The notes: generated by a model from the sequence alone, not told the origin. Numbered from the stretch's first letter, positions 10,208 to 23,349 are shown. The stretch is DNA of 64,000 bases from Negaprion brevirostris (GCA_030324005.1 JARDVH010000140.1:6171160-6235159); one strand, 5' to 3'. Numbers and translations are program-made.

Positions 10208-10908
10208 TTATAGAATCATAGAAACTGTAGAGTACAGAAAGAGACCATTTGGCCCATTGAGTCCACACTGACCACAACCCCACCCAGGCCCTACCCCCCC
10301 CCCATATCCCTACATATTTACCCGCTAATCCCTCTAACCTACACATCTCCGGCCACTAAGGGGCAGTTTAGCATGGCCAATCCACCTAACCTGCACATCT
10401 TTGAACTGTGGGAGGAAATTTTTTGTGGGAGGAATAGCTTTTTCCGCTATTAGAAATGGATAGAACAAGGGGTCACGAGCTTAGGGTGAGGGGGGCTAGG
10501 TATAAGACAAATATTAGAGGGCAGTTTTTCACGCAAAGGGTAGTNNNNNNNNNNNNNNNNNNNNNNNNNNNNNNNNNNNNNNNNNNNNNNNNNNNNNNNN
10601 NNNNNNNNNNNNNNNNNNNNNNNNNNNNNNNNNNNNNNNNNNNNTGGACCTCCCTGATCCTCGCACATTAGGCGTAGACTAAAATCATGAATAGGTCACT
10701 GAGACAATGGGACGGCGGCGCAGGCTCGTTGGGCCAAAGGGCCTGTTTCCCGTGCTGTGTTGTTCTTTGTTCTTTGTAAACTGGAGCATCTGAAGGAAAC
10801 CCCCACAGACACAGAGAGAATGTGCAAACTCCACACACATAGTCATCCAAGGCTGTAATTGAACCCAGATCCCTGGCACTGAGACAACTGTACTAACCAC
10901 TGCTGCCA
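10208..10908 (-). mobile_element. HE1/V-SINE-like element interrupted by a CR1 3' fragment (+, ~10435-10775)
   Basis: SINE tail at 10208-10420 and head at 10779-10908 flank the CR1 ORF2 end (RTRGHELRVRG.RYKTNIRGQFFTQRV). Confidence 0.8.
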
Positions 10909-12017
10909 TGAAGATAGTTGGTGACAATTTATAGGTGGCAACAACTGACTGGATGTTGCTAAGAATGTGAAGCAATAGAGTAGACAGAGAGATCCAGCAG
11001 ACTGGAATAATAAATGGAGTCTGCAGACTGGAACTGGCAGAATGAGGAGAGGTTATATATAGTCAAACACTCAGCGATCTACAACGCACCTGCATTGTAT
11101 AGAGGTGTATTCTACATTTCACCTCCATTACCAAGATAGACAGATTACAAACACTTTATTTACTCTGCCTTTAAAGAATACCTAAATGTACCAAAACAAC
11201 TACTACAGGGGCCAATGGCTTCATAAAGAAGTGTAATCATTTGAAAAACAGAGAGCATTTGGGCAGGTGGGGAGTTACAAAAAACTACCAGGCCAGTGAA
11301 CGGAAACGCGGGAACTTCCCTCTAGTTGACAGTGTCCAAATTTTAATTGTAGAGGGGGAACTTACACACAAATTATTTTAATCTATTAAATGAATTTCAA
11401 CACGTCTCTCAGTAACAACTCAAAGCAGCAACAAGGAATCATCTTGTAAGAAGTGGGTTTTTTTACATACTAATCTCAATCTTTCGTTCACGCTTGCTTT
11501 CAATCGAGAAATCCCTATTCAGCAGGGTTCAAGCTCAACTTTTTACACCACATCCTGAAATTTAAATGTTCTGTCACAGTATTCTAGTTTAATGTGGTAA
11601 TTTAACTTTTAAGTTGAACTACCCACTGCTTTTTTTGAACTTTGAACATACTAATGAAGGTTGCTCAATGCAAGTATCAAGTTTTTTTTTAAATAGAACA
11701 GTTTAGCATGATAGTATCAAAATTTGGTTCNNNNNNNNNNATTTCTGCTTATATGTCATATTCTACGTTTGAATGTAGAGCTTTGAAAGTTCTGTTCTGA
11801 CTACTTAATTATTGTACCAATCTCAAACTTATGAACTTGGTAGAAGTGCTCTTATGAATTTAATAGAACAAAACTTATTATTCTTTGTCTGCGGCCTTTG
11901 GGGTTCTTATATATAAACAAATGGCTCATTAATAGCAAACATTTAGACCACATGAACAGAAACCTGGTTGCCTATTTTCAGTTGATCAACTAGTTGGTGG
12001 TGCAGAATATCGTAAGT

Positions 12018-12940
12018 AGAATCATAGAATCCCTACAACACAAAAGGAGGCCTTTCGACACATTGAGCCTGCACCAAAAACAATCCCAGCCATTTTATTA
12101 TCGTCACATGTATTAGCATAGTAAAAAAAATTGTTTCTTGCGCAAAAAACAGACAAAGCATAGAGAAGGAAAAGAGTGCAGAATGTAGTGTTAGTTATTG
12201 TTAGGGTGTAGAAAAAGATCAACTTAATGCAAGGTAAGTGTATTCAAAAGTCTGACAGTAGTAGGGAAGAAGCTGTTCTCGAGTCAGTTGGTACGTGACC
12301 TCAGACTTTTGTATCTTTTTCTCAACCTAAGAAGTGGGAAGAGAGAACATCTGGGTTGTGTGGGGGTCTTAATTATACTGGTTGCTTTTCTGAAGCACTG
12401 GGAAGCGTAGACAGTGTCAATGGGTGGGAGGCTGATTTGAATGACGGATTGGGCTTCCCTCATGACCCTTTGTACTTTATTGCAGAATTGGACAGAGCAG
12501 GAGCTATACCAAGCTATGATACAACCAGAAAGAATGCTTTCTATGACTCAGACTCAATCCCCATAACCCCATTTATTTACCCTGCTAATTCCCATTCAGA
12601 CTAAGAGGCAATTTAGCATAGCCAATCAACTTNNNNNNNNNNNNNNNNNNNNNNNNNNNNNNNNNNNNNNNNNNNNNNNNNNNNNNNNNNNNNNNNNNNN
12701 NNNNNNNNNNNNNNNNNNNNNNNNNNNNNNNNCCTGCTAATTCCCATTCAGACTAAGAGGCAATTTAGCATAGCCAATCAACTTAATCCACACATCTTTG
12801 GAGTGTGGGAGAAAACTGGAGCTCCCGAAGGAATCCCATGCAGACACAGAGAATGTGCAAACTCCACACAGTCAGTCAAGGTTGGAATTGAACCCAGATC
12901 CCTGGCACTGCGAGGCAGCATTGCTAACCACTGTGTCACC
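12018..12940 (-). mobile_element. HE1/V-SINE-like element interrupted by a Rex1/Babar-type LINE 3' end (~12092-12545, -)
   Basis: SINE tail at 12018-12090 and body/head at 12550-12940; the insert ends ...ATACATGTGACGATAATAAA on -. Confidence 0.7.
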
Positions 12941-13517
12941 AGAGTGTGTAATAAGTAGTTATTTGCCTCTCTGCAATCCAATCATGGTAGGAACAGAATA
13001 CTGGATAAAAGCTTCCATGCACTTACTTGTATTTTATTTCCAAGTTATTTCTTCCAATATCTTCTTCTGGCCTAGTCAAAATCAACATCTCAAGATTATC
13101 TAAATGTTGTTGGAGCACTTGCTGAGTACATGCACGTAGTGCTACACTTCAGAAGTACTTAATTGGTGGCTCTTCTACAGCATGGTTGTGAAGGGTGCTA
13201 TATAAATATAAATATTTTGCTTTAGCTATTATTTAACTGGTGTGGATGACTCTGAAATGGCCCAGCAAGTCACTCAGTTATATCAAATTGTGACAAAGCC
13301 CAAAAGGGATGAAACTGGATGGGTCACCCAGCATCAACTCAGGCACCAGAAATGACAGTAACACATCCAGCACTCCTTATTAATATTTTGACTTGTGTCA
13401 AAATTACAACCTTGGCCCAAACTTGGACAAGAGAACTAAACTCCTGTAGTGAAGAGAGAATGACTGCCTTTGATTGACGGTGACATCAAAAGCCTTAGCA
13501 AAACTGAAGGCAACGGG

Positions 13518-13752
13518 GAAATGCTGGAAAATCCCAGTAGGTCTGGCAGCATTTGTAAGGAGAGAAAAGAACTGACGTTTCAAGTCCAGATAACACTTTG
13601 TCAAAACCTTTGTCTGGAGCCCACTCAGCTTTGACAAAAGGTCATCTCGACTCGAAACTCGTTTCTCTTTTTACAGATGCCAGACCTGCTGAGATTTTCC
13701 AACATCTTCTGTTTTGGTTTCGGATTCTAGCATCTGCAGTAATTTGCTTTTA
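13518..13752. mobile_element. Penelope-like family B head-to-head pair with two U3-A8 hammerhead cores and a 13-bp flanking direct repeat
   Basis: Core on - at 13571-13608 (TTGACAA...GAAACGTC) and on + at 13627-13660 (agct-TTGACAA...GACTC-GAAAC). Flanks TGAAGGCAACGGG (13505-13517) and TGAAGGCAATGGG (13753-13765). Confidence 0.8.
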
Positions 13753-14472
13753 TGAAGGCAATGGGAATCAGGATTGATTGGAATCATACCTGGCACAAAA
13801 GAAGGTGGTTCCTTTGGGTCAATCATCTCAATTCCAGTACATCAGCTTAGAGACCTAGGCCCAACCATGTTCATGCCTGTAAAATCAATTTCAGCACCAT
13901 TCAGGACTTGCCAGGTACTGAAGCAGTTCATCTCCATACGCAGCAGGACCTGGACAATATTCAGGTTTGGGCTGATAAGTGGCAAGGAACATAATGCAGA
14001 GCAATGTCCATTTTCAACAAGAGATAATCTAACTATTCCCCTTCAACAAGTGGCATTACCATCTTGGAATCTCCCACTTGGGATTAAAATTGACTAGAAA
14101 CTGAACTGGACCAGCATTGTGGCTACAACAACAGCTCAGAGACTGGAAATTCTGCAGAGAGTGACTCACTTCCTGAGTCCCCAAAGTCTATTCACTATCT
14201 ACATGGCACAAATCAGGAGTGTGATGGAATACTCTCCATTTGTCTGGATACAAGTGCAGCTCCAACAACACAAGCAGCTCAACACCATCCAGGGCCAGAC
14301 AGTCCTCTTGGTCAGCATCCCACATTCAACATCCATTCTGTCCCATTATTAATGCACAGTATCAGCAGCATCTATAAGATGCACTGCAACAACTCACCAA
14401 GGCTGTTTCAACAGCACCTTTCAAACCTGTAATCTCTATCACTTTCAAGAGGCAGCAGATGTGTGGGAACAT

Positions 14473-16111
14473 TGTTAGGAAATAGAGGTACTTTTAAGTT
14501 CTGTTTGTATTGCATGGTGGATATTAGAAGTGAATATGGCTTTAAGTTTAAATTATATTTTTGTACTTGCAAGTTAAGAAAGGAGGAATTGAGTTTCAAT
14601 TACACTTTAAAAGATGCTTGCAATTTAATAAGGATTTATAACTTAAAGTAGGAAGAACTATGCTGTTGCCTAGCAATAGGGACCCCACAGACACAGGGAG
14701 AAACCAAACAGCAGTTTTTAGTTTAGAAAGATGGTGACACACATTTGAAAAAAAGCATTTTCTCAGAATCTACCACAGCAGACAGGGAAGGGGACAGCAT
14801 AGAACAGGTCCCAAACTAAAGAACAGAAAAGTCTCAGAACCAGGGAGAGATACAGAAGGAAGTTCCAAGAGAATATCAAAGGGAATAAGCAGAAATCTGG
14901 AAAATTTCCTGTTAAGCGAGGAGCAGAGGCTCCAAGTTAAATTACAGCTGTAAGGTGCAAAAAAACAGAAGACCTGAGGAGACAGCCAAAGTTTGGTGAT
15001 TTATTAGTACAGGCCAGTGAAGCAGCAGTGCTTTGTTGGCACAGTTTGGTATAAGAGATTGACTGAAAAACAACGCTTGAGTGCATATGGCAATCCAGGG
15101 GAGGGGAATATCAGGAGGAGAGGTTGCAATCCTGGAGGTGGATCCCTGAAGATATTCTGGAGAAAGCGTTGTTTGGGAGGAGGTTCCAAGGGGCATCCCT
15201 GGAGTGTGGAGATGGGAAACCCTTGTATGGAAGACAGAGTTCCAGCAAAACCAGTTGGCTGGGAATTGATGAAGAATCCACATTAGCTGTTTTGGGTGGC
15301 ATTTGTCACTTGGTTTTAGAGTATGGTGTGTCTGACCACAGGTCAATGATTGAATTGCACAGTCCATACTTACTTTGAACATAAGATACAAGTATATGTT
15401 ACCTGGATTGGGAGGCATGCTTTATGAAGATAGGTTGAAGGAGCTGGGACTCCTCCCTGGAGAGACGAAGGTTGAGAGGCAACATGATAGAGGTTTATAA
15501 AATGTTGAGAGGAATAGATAGGGTGGATTCTCAGAGGCTATTTCCCCGGGTTGGAATGNNNNNNNNNNNNNNNNNNNNNNNNNNNNNNNNNNNNNNNNNN
15601 NNNNNNNNNNNNNNNNNNNNNNNNNNNNNNNNNNNNNNNNNNNNNNNNNNNNNNNNNNGGTGGTGGAGGCGAACTCGCTGGGGTCTTTTAAAAGACTTCT
15701 GGATGAGTATATGGGATTTAATAGGATTGGGGGTTTTAGAAAGGTCTATAGATTGGTAGGTATGGAGGTGATCGGCGCAACTTGTGGGCCGAAGGGCCTG
15801 TTTGTGCTGTAGTGTTCTATGTTCTATATTCTATATGAATATAAGATAGATTTTGTAACTTGTGTTATCCTTACAAATCTGCAAATCTGTAAAGGCATAG
15901 TTGTGGGTGAAGGAGTAGTGTATTGTATGTAATTTATCTTTTCCTAAAATAAATGTTTTATTCTTTCATTAAAAGTACATCAGCAATTTCTGACTATACA
16001 GTAGCTGCCCTCCACATTTCTATACCAAAAATAAAATTTTTCTATACCAAAAATAAAGAAAGTTTCACTCTCAGATATGACTTGTTCAGTATATCAGCTA
16101 GGGTTGTGATA
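14473..16111 (+). mobile_element. Probable solo LTR inserted in the LINE
   Basis: Begins TGTTAGG, ends GGGTTGTGATA, has AATAAA at ~15948 and interrupts the host LINE; no coding capacity. Confidence 0.5.
15389..15835 (+). mobile_element. 5'-truncated CR1 (HER1-like) LINE with 13-bp TSD
   Basis: RGNMIEVYKMLRGIDRVDSQRLFP, (TTCTAT)n tail; TGAACATAAGATA (15376-15388) and TGAATATAAGATA (15836-15848). Confidence 0.85.
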
Positions 16112-17139
16112 CCACCAGCTCCCCCCACAAGCCACTCACCATCCTGACTTGCAAATATGTCACTGTCGCTGTGTCAAGATCCTGTAACTCCCTTTCCAAC
16201 AGCACTGTGGGTGTACCCACACTACATGGACTTCAGCAATTCAATTACACAGCTCACCACTATCTTCTCAAGGGCAATAAATATCAGCCTAGCCAGTGAA
16301 ACCCACATCTCATGAACAAATAAAAGACAAGAATCGACAGCTCACATCAGGCAAGCCATTTTAGAATTCATTTATAACTTATTGCTTAATCTAGGTCTTC
16401 ACGTGAGGGTCTTTACAGAGGTGTCATTACCAGTGCTATTCCTGCTCTAGCATAATCAATGTAAGGCAGTGCTCTCTCCCAGCAACTATCCCATTTTCCC
16501 ACAAACCTACCTTGGTCCTGGATCTTACAAATGGACATAAGGATGTGACCTCCATCATACATCCAGCAGTTCCAAACCAGAAAGAACTTGCTTGCTCAAC
16601 CTGCAATGGGCTTGTGTTGCCACATTTAAAGTACAGAGCAACGTTTTGCCCCATTTCATTTGCCCTGGAGGTCCACATTTCGCTCAAATTGGATCAACAA
16701 TGCAAAAGGAATGTTGAACTGTAACACAGTAGAGTACAATTCCTGAATGCTACCGTGCACATTGGGCATTGCCCAGTTTCAATCATATGACTATGGAAGT
16801 AATTAAGCCCCAAAGAGGATGCAGTGAAGACTCATCCTTGCCTCAAAGCACAATGTGGGAGGGAAAACTACAGAAACCAGAGGTTTTTAGCCTCAAAAGG
16901 AAGCTTGATTCCAAACAGCAAGGCCTCGACCTTCAACACATTTGGCTCTATACAATGAGGGCTTTTTATCACAGCTAATAACTGCTGTACCACATATCAA
17001 CCATCTTCACTAATAAGTCTGTGCTGCCAATGCTCAAATTGGAACTCAAAATCACAACCATAGAATGTTTACAGNNNNNNNNNNTTGTGTTGGCTCTCTG
17101 AAGGAGCAGTTCACCTATTACTACTCCCATAGCTCTGGA

Positions 17140-18460
17140 TGTTGTTCTTTTTCAGATAATCCAGTTCCCTTGCATCAAGCACACTGCATTCCAGATCCTA
17201 GCCACTCAGTGCAAGGTTTTCATGTCATCATTGCTTCTTTTGCCAATTACCCTAAATCTATGCCCTCTTGCCCTGAATTCTTCCACCAATGAGAAATCTT
17301 TTCCCATCTATCCTCTCCAAGCCCCTTATGGTTTTGAATACTTCTCCCAACTTTCTCTTTTGCCAAGGAAAACAGTTCCAACTTTCTAACTGAAGTTTCT
17401 CATTCCTGGAACCATTCTGGTGAATCTTTTCTGCACTCTCTAATGACCAGAGCCAGACGCAATACTTCAAACGGAGGCCGAACCTTTTCAGGATGAGTGT
17501 CTGCCTTCCCACTAATGCTACTCAGTCACTTGCACAGTAGCTAGTCTTTCATGAAGGTCCTGCCTTCTCAACCTTGCCCCTCACCCAAAGAATGGTGATC
17601 CTCAGGTTAAACCACCACCAGTCAGCTCTCCCCTTCAAAAAGGGAGAATAACTTATGGTCAGCTGGGACTGTGGCAACTTAGCCTGTCCTGAATGCTGCC
17701 ACCTATAATCAAGATGGTGCAGTCTGAAGCTGGTACTTCTAGGACAAAGCTCATTGAGGTCATGAATTATTCAGAACAGTAAGTAGCAAGGCTTGCATTG
17801 CTGCTGGGTTACTGACCACTTGAAATTCTGATTTTAATTTCCATACAACATTGATATAGATACTCTTGATTTCATGAGGTGCTCACTTTCATTAGCCTGA
17901 TTATGACTGTTATTGACTGATTATATTAAAAAAGTTAGAGACATAGAGGTTTACAGCGTAGACACAGGCTCTTTGGCCCAACTTGTCCATGCCACCCTTT
18001 TCTAACCACTAAGCTAGTCCCAATTGCCAGCATTGGGCTCATATCTCTCTATACTCAGCTTACCCACATAACTGCCTAAATGCTTTGTAAATGACAAGAT
18101 TGTACCTACCTCTACTATCACCTCTGGCAGCTTGTTGCAGACACTCTCCACCCTGTATGAAACAAATTGCCCCTCTGGACCCTTTTGTATCTCCTCCCTC
18201 TCACCTTAGGTTGATTCACCATGCTAAATTGCCATTTAGTGTTAGGGAATGTGTAGGTTAGAGGGATTAGTGGGGTAAATTTGTGGGAATAGGGCCTGGG
18301 ATGGAATTGTTGTCAGTGCACTAGATGGGCCAAATGGCCTCCTTCTGCACTGTAGTCCTTCTACAGCAGGGTGACCCATTCTGGTTCTAAACCTATGCCC
18401 TCTAGTTTTAAACTCCCCTACTTTTGGGAAAAGATGATTATCTACCTTATCTATGCCCTC
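17140..18460 (-). mobile_element. Cluster of CR1 3' fragments with a SINE 3' part (+, 18208-18360)
   Basis: LKYCV.LWS and EVFKTIRGLERID motifs on -; CR1 tail near 17935-17990. Confidence 0.6.
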
Positions 18461-18879
18461 ATTATTTTATTGACCCAAGTTGTATTAGTGTTTACAATTC
18501 TATTTATGTTTTCAACAATATACATTATTTTATTTCCACATTATCCTCTGCAATGTTTTTTCCTTCATACTGTGGTCCTTTCCTTCATTGGATACTCTGC
18601 TGGTAAATTTGCCCCAGTCCCCTGCCAAAGCAATTTTAAAACCAGCTGCTGATGTTGGTTAGGCCTACTCTCCAATTTTCTATCCATCAGGGATAATCCC
18701 TAATCTCTCCCTTGTCTCACCATCAGGTCATTCTATTGAGTGAGGTAGTTGTAAATTGTTGTCCTTTCCACACTGCAACAGATGAGATCAGCAACATGCG
18801 GACATCATTCTTTTTCAACTAAAGTTACAAATGTGCACACATTTTGTTCCTTGGGGCTTTGCACTGAGTAGGCTTCCTG

Positions 18880-19125
18880 TGCAGCATGGTGGCACACTGG
18901 TTAGCACTGCTGCCTCACAGCACCAGGGGCTTGGGTTGCTGGTTGAGTTTGTACATTCTCTCCATGTCTGCATGGGTTTTCTCCTGCTGTTCATGTTTCC
19001 TCCCACAGTCTGAAAGACATGCTGATTAGGTGCATTAGCCCAAATAGGTGCTGGAGTGTGGGGATTTTCACAGTAACTTCATTGCAGTGTTAATGTAAGC
19101 CTTATTTGTGACCAATAAACTTTAC
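18880..19125 (+). mobile_element. V-SINE-like element, Rex1-type tail variant
   Basis: tRNA head + V-core + GGATTTTCACAGTAACTTCATTGCAGTGTTAATGTAAGCC..TTGTGAC.AATAAAC. Confidence 0.85.
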
Positions 19126-19200
19126 TTATACTTCCTCGAATCTCACAACCCCCAGCTTGAAGTAAAACAAATTAAAAGCATAAGAGTGAAAAATGATGAT

Positions 19201-19290
19201 TCATGATTCCAGATAAACCTATTGGATTTTAACCTGGTATTGAGAGACTTCTTACTGTACCCACTCCAGTCCAACACTGGCACCTCCACC
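19201..19290 (+). mobile_element. Penelope-like family A copy beginning at the hammerhead cleavage position
   Basis: TC^ATGATTCCAGATAAACCTATTGG...CCAGTCCAACACTGGCACCTCCAC; no ribozyme core upstream. Confidence 0.7.
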
Positions 19291-20474
19291 TTGTAAAGAA
19301 ACAGAGCACCGCACATGCACTGCAATAGGGACCCAAGCGCAGGTCTATCAAAATAAGGACTTCTATGAATCAATTACTTTGCCCCAAATACTTTTAAATG
19401 TTCACTATTCCTTAGACATGATGTATCTGTAATTACAATAAAGGAATACATATAAAAAATGAATTCAAGTTCACCTTAACATTTGAGATGACATGACTGT
19501 CATGCACATTGCCAAATCCAGCAACTATCATTACTTCATTTGTGACCTGCCACCTAAACCGCAAACAAACAAAACAAAATTTATTCAACTTTACATTTAA
19601 TGGGGTTTTACAGATGTTCATTGACCTAGATTTATTTCATAATACAGCTGATTAGGTACAAGATGATTAAGATGAAAAAGAAAATGAGGCTTCACATCAT
19701 TTTTACTTGGGCAACCAAATAATGTAGTCCTATCAGCATAATGAGGCAAGAAGCCTAATTCTCTAGAAGTAAAGCACTGTGCCAACCTCCTGATCTTTGG
19801 AGTAGGGGGAAAAGTCATCCAAGATCAGGTATAATGTCCTACGTATAAAAAGTGTTAGGGTGAGATACTTGTGCTTTTTTTCAGGATTGGAATCATGAGT
19901 TGGGACAAAGATTGCAGAACTCCAGTTTTGTGTTCACTTTTGCAGAATTGAATTTTCTTACTCCTTCTGCCTGGCCAACTGTAACTAACAGGATTGTCCA
20001 TGCGACTAAAGTCAGATCTTCCCTATTGTCAAACGAATGCTCAGAAGTTCAAATGAACATTATAGAAAACTTCAAAAGGTGTCCTACTGAGACATTGTCA
20101 AGCTTGGCATAACAGATATTAGGGCAACAGTGATATCCTGCCACTCGTATTAAATTCCAAATTATACTTGTACACTAAAAACACCAACTTTCTCCAGCTG
20201 AATTCCATTAATCTAATTGAGATGCAGCATCCAAACATACTCCCAATGAGTACTTTAATACAAAGGTGCTTGTGGATGCATTAAATTCAAAATCAGAAAA
20301 GCTGTTGAATAGTTCTGAAGCCCTAATTTAACAAACATTTGGCCTATCGTTCTGTCACACTTTTTAGGGAAATACCATTTTTACTTGCTTTGCTTTTATA
20401 ATTTCTATTTTTTATGCTATTAACATTTATCAATATTCAGCATATGCAACTGTCTGCTTGACAACATGCTGCAC

Positions 20475-20885
20475 AGTTTGGGCCTATACTCTCTGGAATT
20501 CAGAAGAATGAGGGGAGATCAAATTGAGGTGAGAGAGATGAGGAGGTATGGATAAAGTATATGTGGAGCAGATGCTTCCTCTTGTGGGGCATTCTAGGAC
20601 GAGCAGTCATAGTCTTAGGATAAGGGGTAGCAAATTTAAAACAGAGTTGAGGAAAAACTACTTCTCCCAAAGGGTTGTGAATCTGTGAAATTCACTACCC
20701 CAAAGTGCAGTGGATGCTGGAATAGGGAGTAAATTTAAGGATTAGTTAGACATATTTTTAATTGGTAATGGGTTGAAAGGCTATGGGGAGAAGACAGGAA
20801 AATGGGGTTGAGGAGCATATCAGCCATGATCGAAAAGCGGAGTGGGCTCAATAGATCGATTGGCATCATTCTGCTCCTATATCTT
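20475..20885 (+). mobile_element. CR1 LINE 3' fragment (same subfamily as 24270-24785)
   Basis: Long near-identical shared sequence (GGATAAGGGGTAGCAAATTTAAAACAGAGTTGAGGAAAAACTACTTCTCCCAAAGGGTTGTGAATCTGTG). Confidence 0.85.
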
Positions 20886-21747
20886 CGGAACCATTCACAT
20901 AGTGGTGGTGTAACTCCTGGAATAATTGGATACCATAATGGGGAGACTGTAAGGTACTGCTGGACTGGTGAACTAAGTTAGGCTGAAATGGCCGAAAGCA
21001 TCATTATTCTCTTTTGATCTTGCTTAGCTGATGACATTAACATTTAACCATTCTTATTGCTAACCAATTTTAATTCTATTGCTGAGATTTCTCCTCATGT
21101 AGTATCTGCCAAAGTGAGAAACAAGAGCTCAAATACATGTACCATCAAATTAGAAACATTCCATGCATCCCCTAGCTACAATTAATTCTAAGAAATCCAT
21201 AAGCATTACAAAACTTACAGTGAAGATTACCATGCAAATAAATGGGGAAATTAGAAGAAATTCTAGCCTGGCTGTTGTAGCTAGTGATGAGTGAATGACA
21301 TTAGCATTTTTATATTTGGCTACAGCCTTTCCATAGACTTGCACTTAAATTTGTTGTAATTATGAAGCTATGGTGGACCAGTACCCTCTAAAAGGGAACT
21401 GAGAATTTTGTGAATGGGACAACAAGATGCTTATCTCCTTAACGCATCAGGTTGAAGAATCCTTCCCGAGGCATTCAGTGACTGAATCAGGTAATGAGTC
21501 AGATTAGCTAATTCAATGTCAAATCATGTACTGAAATAGAGAAAACGAAAGATAAATGAGACAGAAAGAAAAAGATATTAGAATTACTTAATTTTTTAAA
21601 ACTTCTAACAATAATTAAATCTGATGGAATAAAACACTACAATTGAAAAACTGGTGTTAAAACTTTACATACAATGGAATGAACACAAATTAAAACTTTG
21701 TGTCAAAATTAGTGGGTCTCTAATCAGACTACAGCAACTTCACACAA

Positions 21748-21878
21748 TGGGCAGGAGTTTCCAGCTGCACTCGCCCCGAAACCAGAAAATCCCACCCAAG
21801 GTCAATGGACCTTTGCATGGTCCGCTCCTTGCTCGTTATAATTTCCATGGCGACCAAAATGGGAAAATTTGACTCCAT
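21748..21878. mobile_element. MITE-like repeat (related pieces at ~22835-23006, 23204-23343, 62025-62170)
   Basis: Degenerate terminal inverted motifs GGGC.GGA.TTT(CC)...GGAAAAT...CC; the 22.8 and 23.2 kb copies share TGAATGGAGTTTTGGCTGGAA..CTAAATTTTC. Confidence 0.45.
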
Positions 21879-22004
21879 GTGTTTCAATGTTAAGTCCCTG
21901 GGCAATATGGCAAACTTTCTGGAGGAACCAGCATCTCAAACATGAACTTTCACATTTCCACGTTTAAATGCACATGCTTGGGCACTGCAGGTTGCACTTT
22001 AATA

Positions 22005-22215
22005 AATAAGAACATAAGAAATAGGAGCAGTAGGAGGCCATCTAGCCCCTCGAGCCTGCCCCGCCATTCAATAAGATCATGGCTGATCTTGTAGTGGTTC
22101 AGTTTCACTTACCCATCTGCCCCCCATTCCCCTTAATTCCCTTATTGATCAGAAATCTATCTACCTGTGACTTAAACATATTCAACAAGGTAGCCTCCAC
22201 CGCTTCAATGGGCAG
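22005..22215 (-). mobile_element. CR1 LINE 3' end
   Basis: (TAAGAACA)n tail on +; LP.EAVEA..LN.FK..VDRFL..KGIKG on -. Confidence 0.85.
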
Positions 22216-23007
22216 NNNNNNNNNNNNNNNNNNNNNNNNNNNNNNNNNNNNNNNNNNNNNNNNNNNNNNNNNNNNNNNNNNNNNNNNNNNNNNNNNNNNN
22301 NNNNNNNNNNNNNNNCTCCAGGCACTTTCCTCAATTTTTGGAGAATTTCCTAAATCCACCACCAGCAGTAAAGTCTGTTTCAATGATTCTTCTTTCCCCC
22401 TGATCATGGCAGGATAAATCTCTGGAAATTCTAGAAGGCTGCAGAATATATCTCTTTCTCTAGAAATGTCTTCCTCCCACATCTAATTGTGGTGTTCACA
22501 AAGCCAAGCAGCCTTTTCTCTTGCAGACCACATAGAACTTCTACTGCTTATACTATGACGTTCCTTACTTTAGTGGTAGCCTGTAACCTGATCTCAACAA
22601 TGACTTTCTCTGTCTTCTTCAACGTGGCAACATGAAACTCGTTGACCTTGCATCCAAATGCTGGTTGGCCATTCCTGACTGCAATTCTCTTTCATTTCAA
22701 ATGTGAAATGGACAGTTTATAGCACAACTGTATGCAACTCAATATCTTCAACATTTTTCTTTTCCTGGGACATTGGGAGAGTAAGGCCTCATTTTTTGTG
22801 CAAACGATGGCAGGAATTCTCTATCTTCATTCAAGGCTGGAATTTTCCTCTTGAAAGTGAATGGAGTTTTGGCTGGAACACTAAATTTTCTGTTCTTGCT
22901 GGCAGCAGAAGAGACTGAAGAAGGTACCTGGCAAAGTACTGGGGAAGCTGTCCTCCGCTTTTCCTGCTGAAGCCAAAGCTTTGAAGCAAAATTGAAAATT
23001 CTGCCCA

Positions 23008-23080
23008 TTAACTCTGTTTCTTACTCCATTGATGCTGCCAGACCTGCTGAGATTTTCTTTTTCAAGCACTTTCTGTTTAT
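23008..23080 (+). mobile_element. Penelope-like family B copy starting at the cleavage position
   Basis: TT^AACTCTGTTTCTT...GATGCTGCCAGACCTGCTGAGATTTT. Confidence 0.65.
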
Positions 23081-23349
23081 TTTATTCATTTATTCATTTC
23101 AGCTATGTCCCCTGTCTCCATGTGTCAATCCCCTTGTTGGAACTATTCAGCTCCGTGCCTTCTTTTACCATGCACACATGTTTATACCCTGGTCGAGATT
23201 TAAAGGTCAAAATCTTCCCTCCTCATTCGCGGCTGGGATTTTCTGGTGCTGCTGACAATGAATGGAGTTTTGGCTGGAATGCTAAATTTTCCATTCTCGC
23301 TCACACTAGGTCCTGCCACGGATGAAGCTGGAGAATCCCATCCAATTAC

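Larger units (their letters stand above)
13400..16325 (+). mobile_element. Degraded LINE (RT region to 3' tail) hosting nested insertions
   Basis: RT-like remnants (ALAKLKAMGIR, WLESYLAQ-like, IRSVMEYSP). The 3' region breaks at 14472 and resumes at ~16112 (GGGAACA|CCACCAGCTCCCC), continuing to the AAGGGCAATAAAT tail. Confidence 0.65.

Noticed and set aside
12581-12783. ~50-bp direct repeat on either side of a 100-N gap
   Set aside because: Identical sequence flanking a fixed-size gap indicates an unmerged contig overlap, not a tandem duplication.
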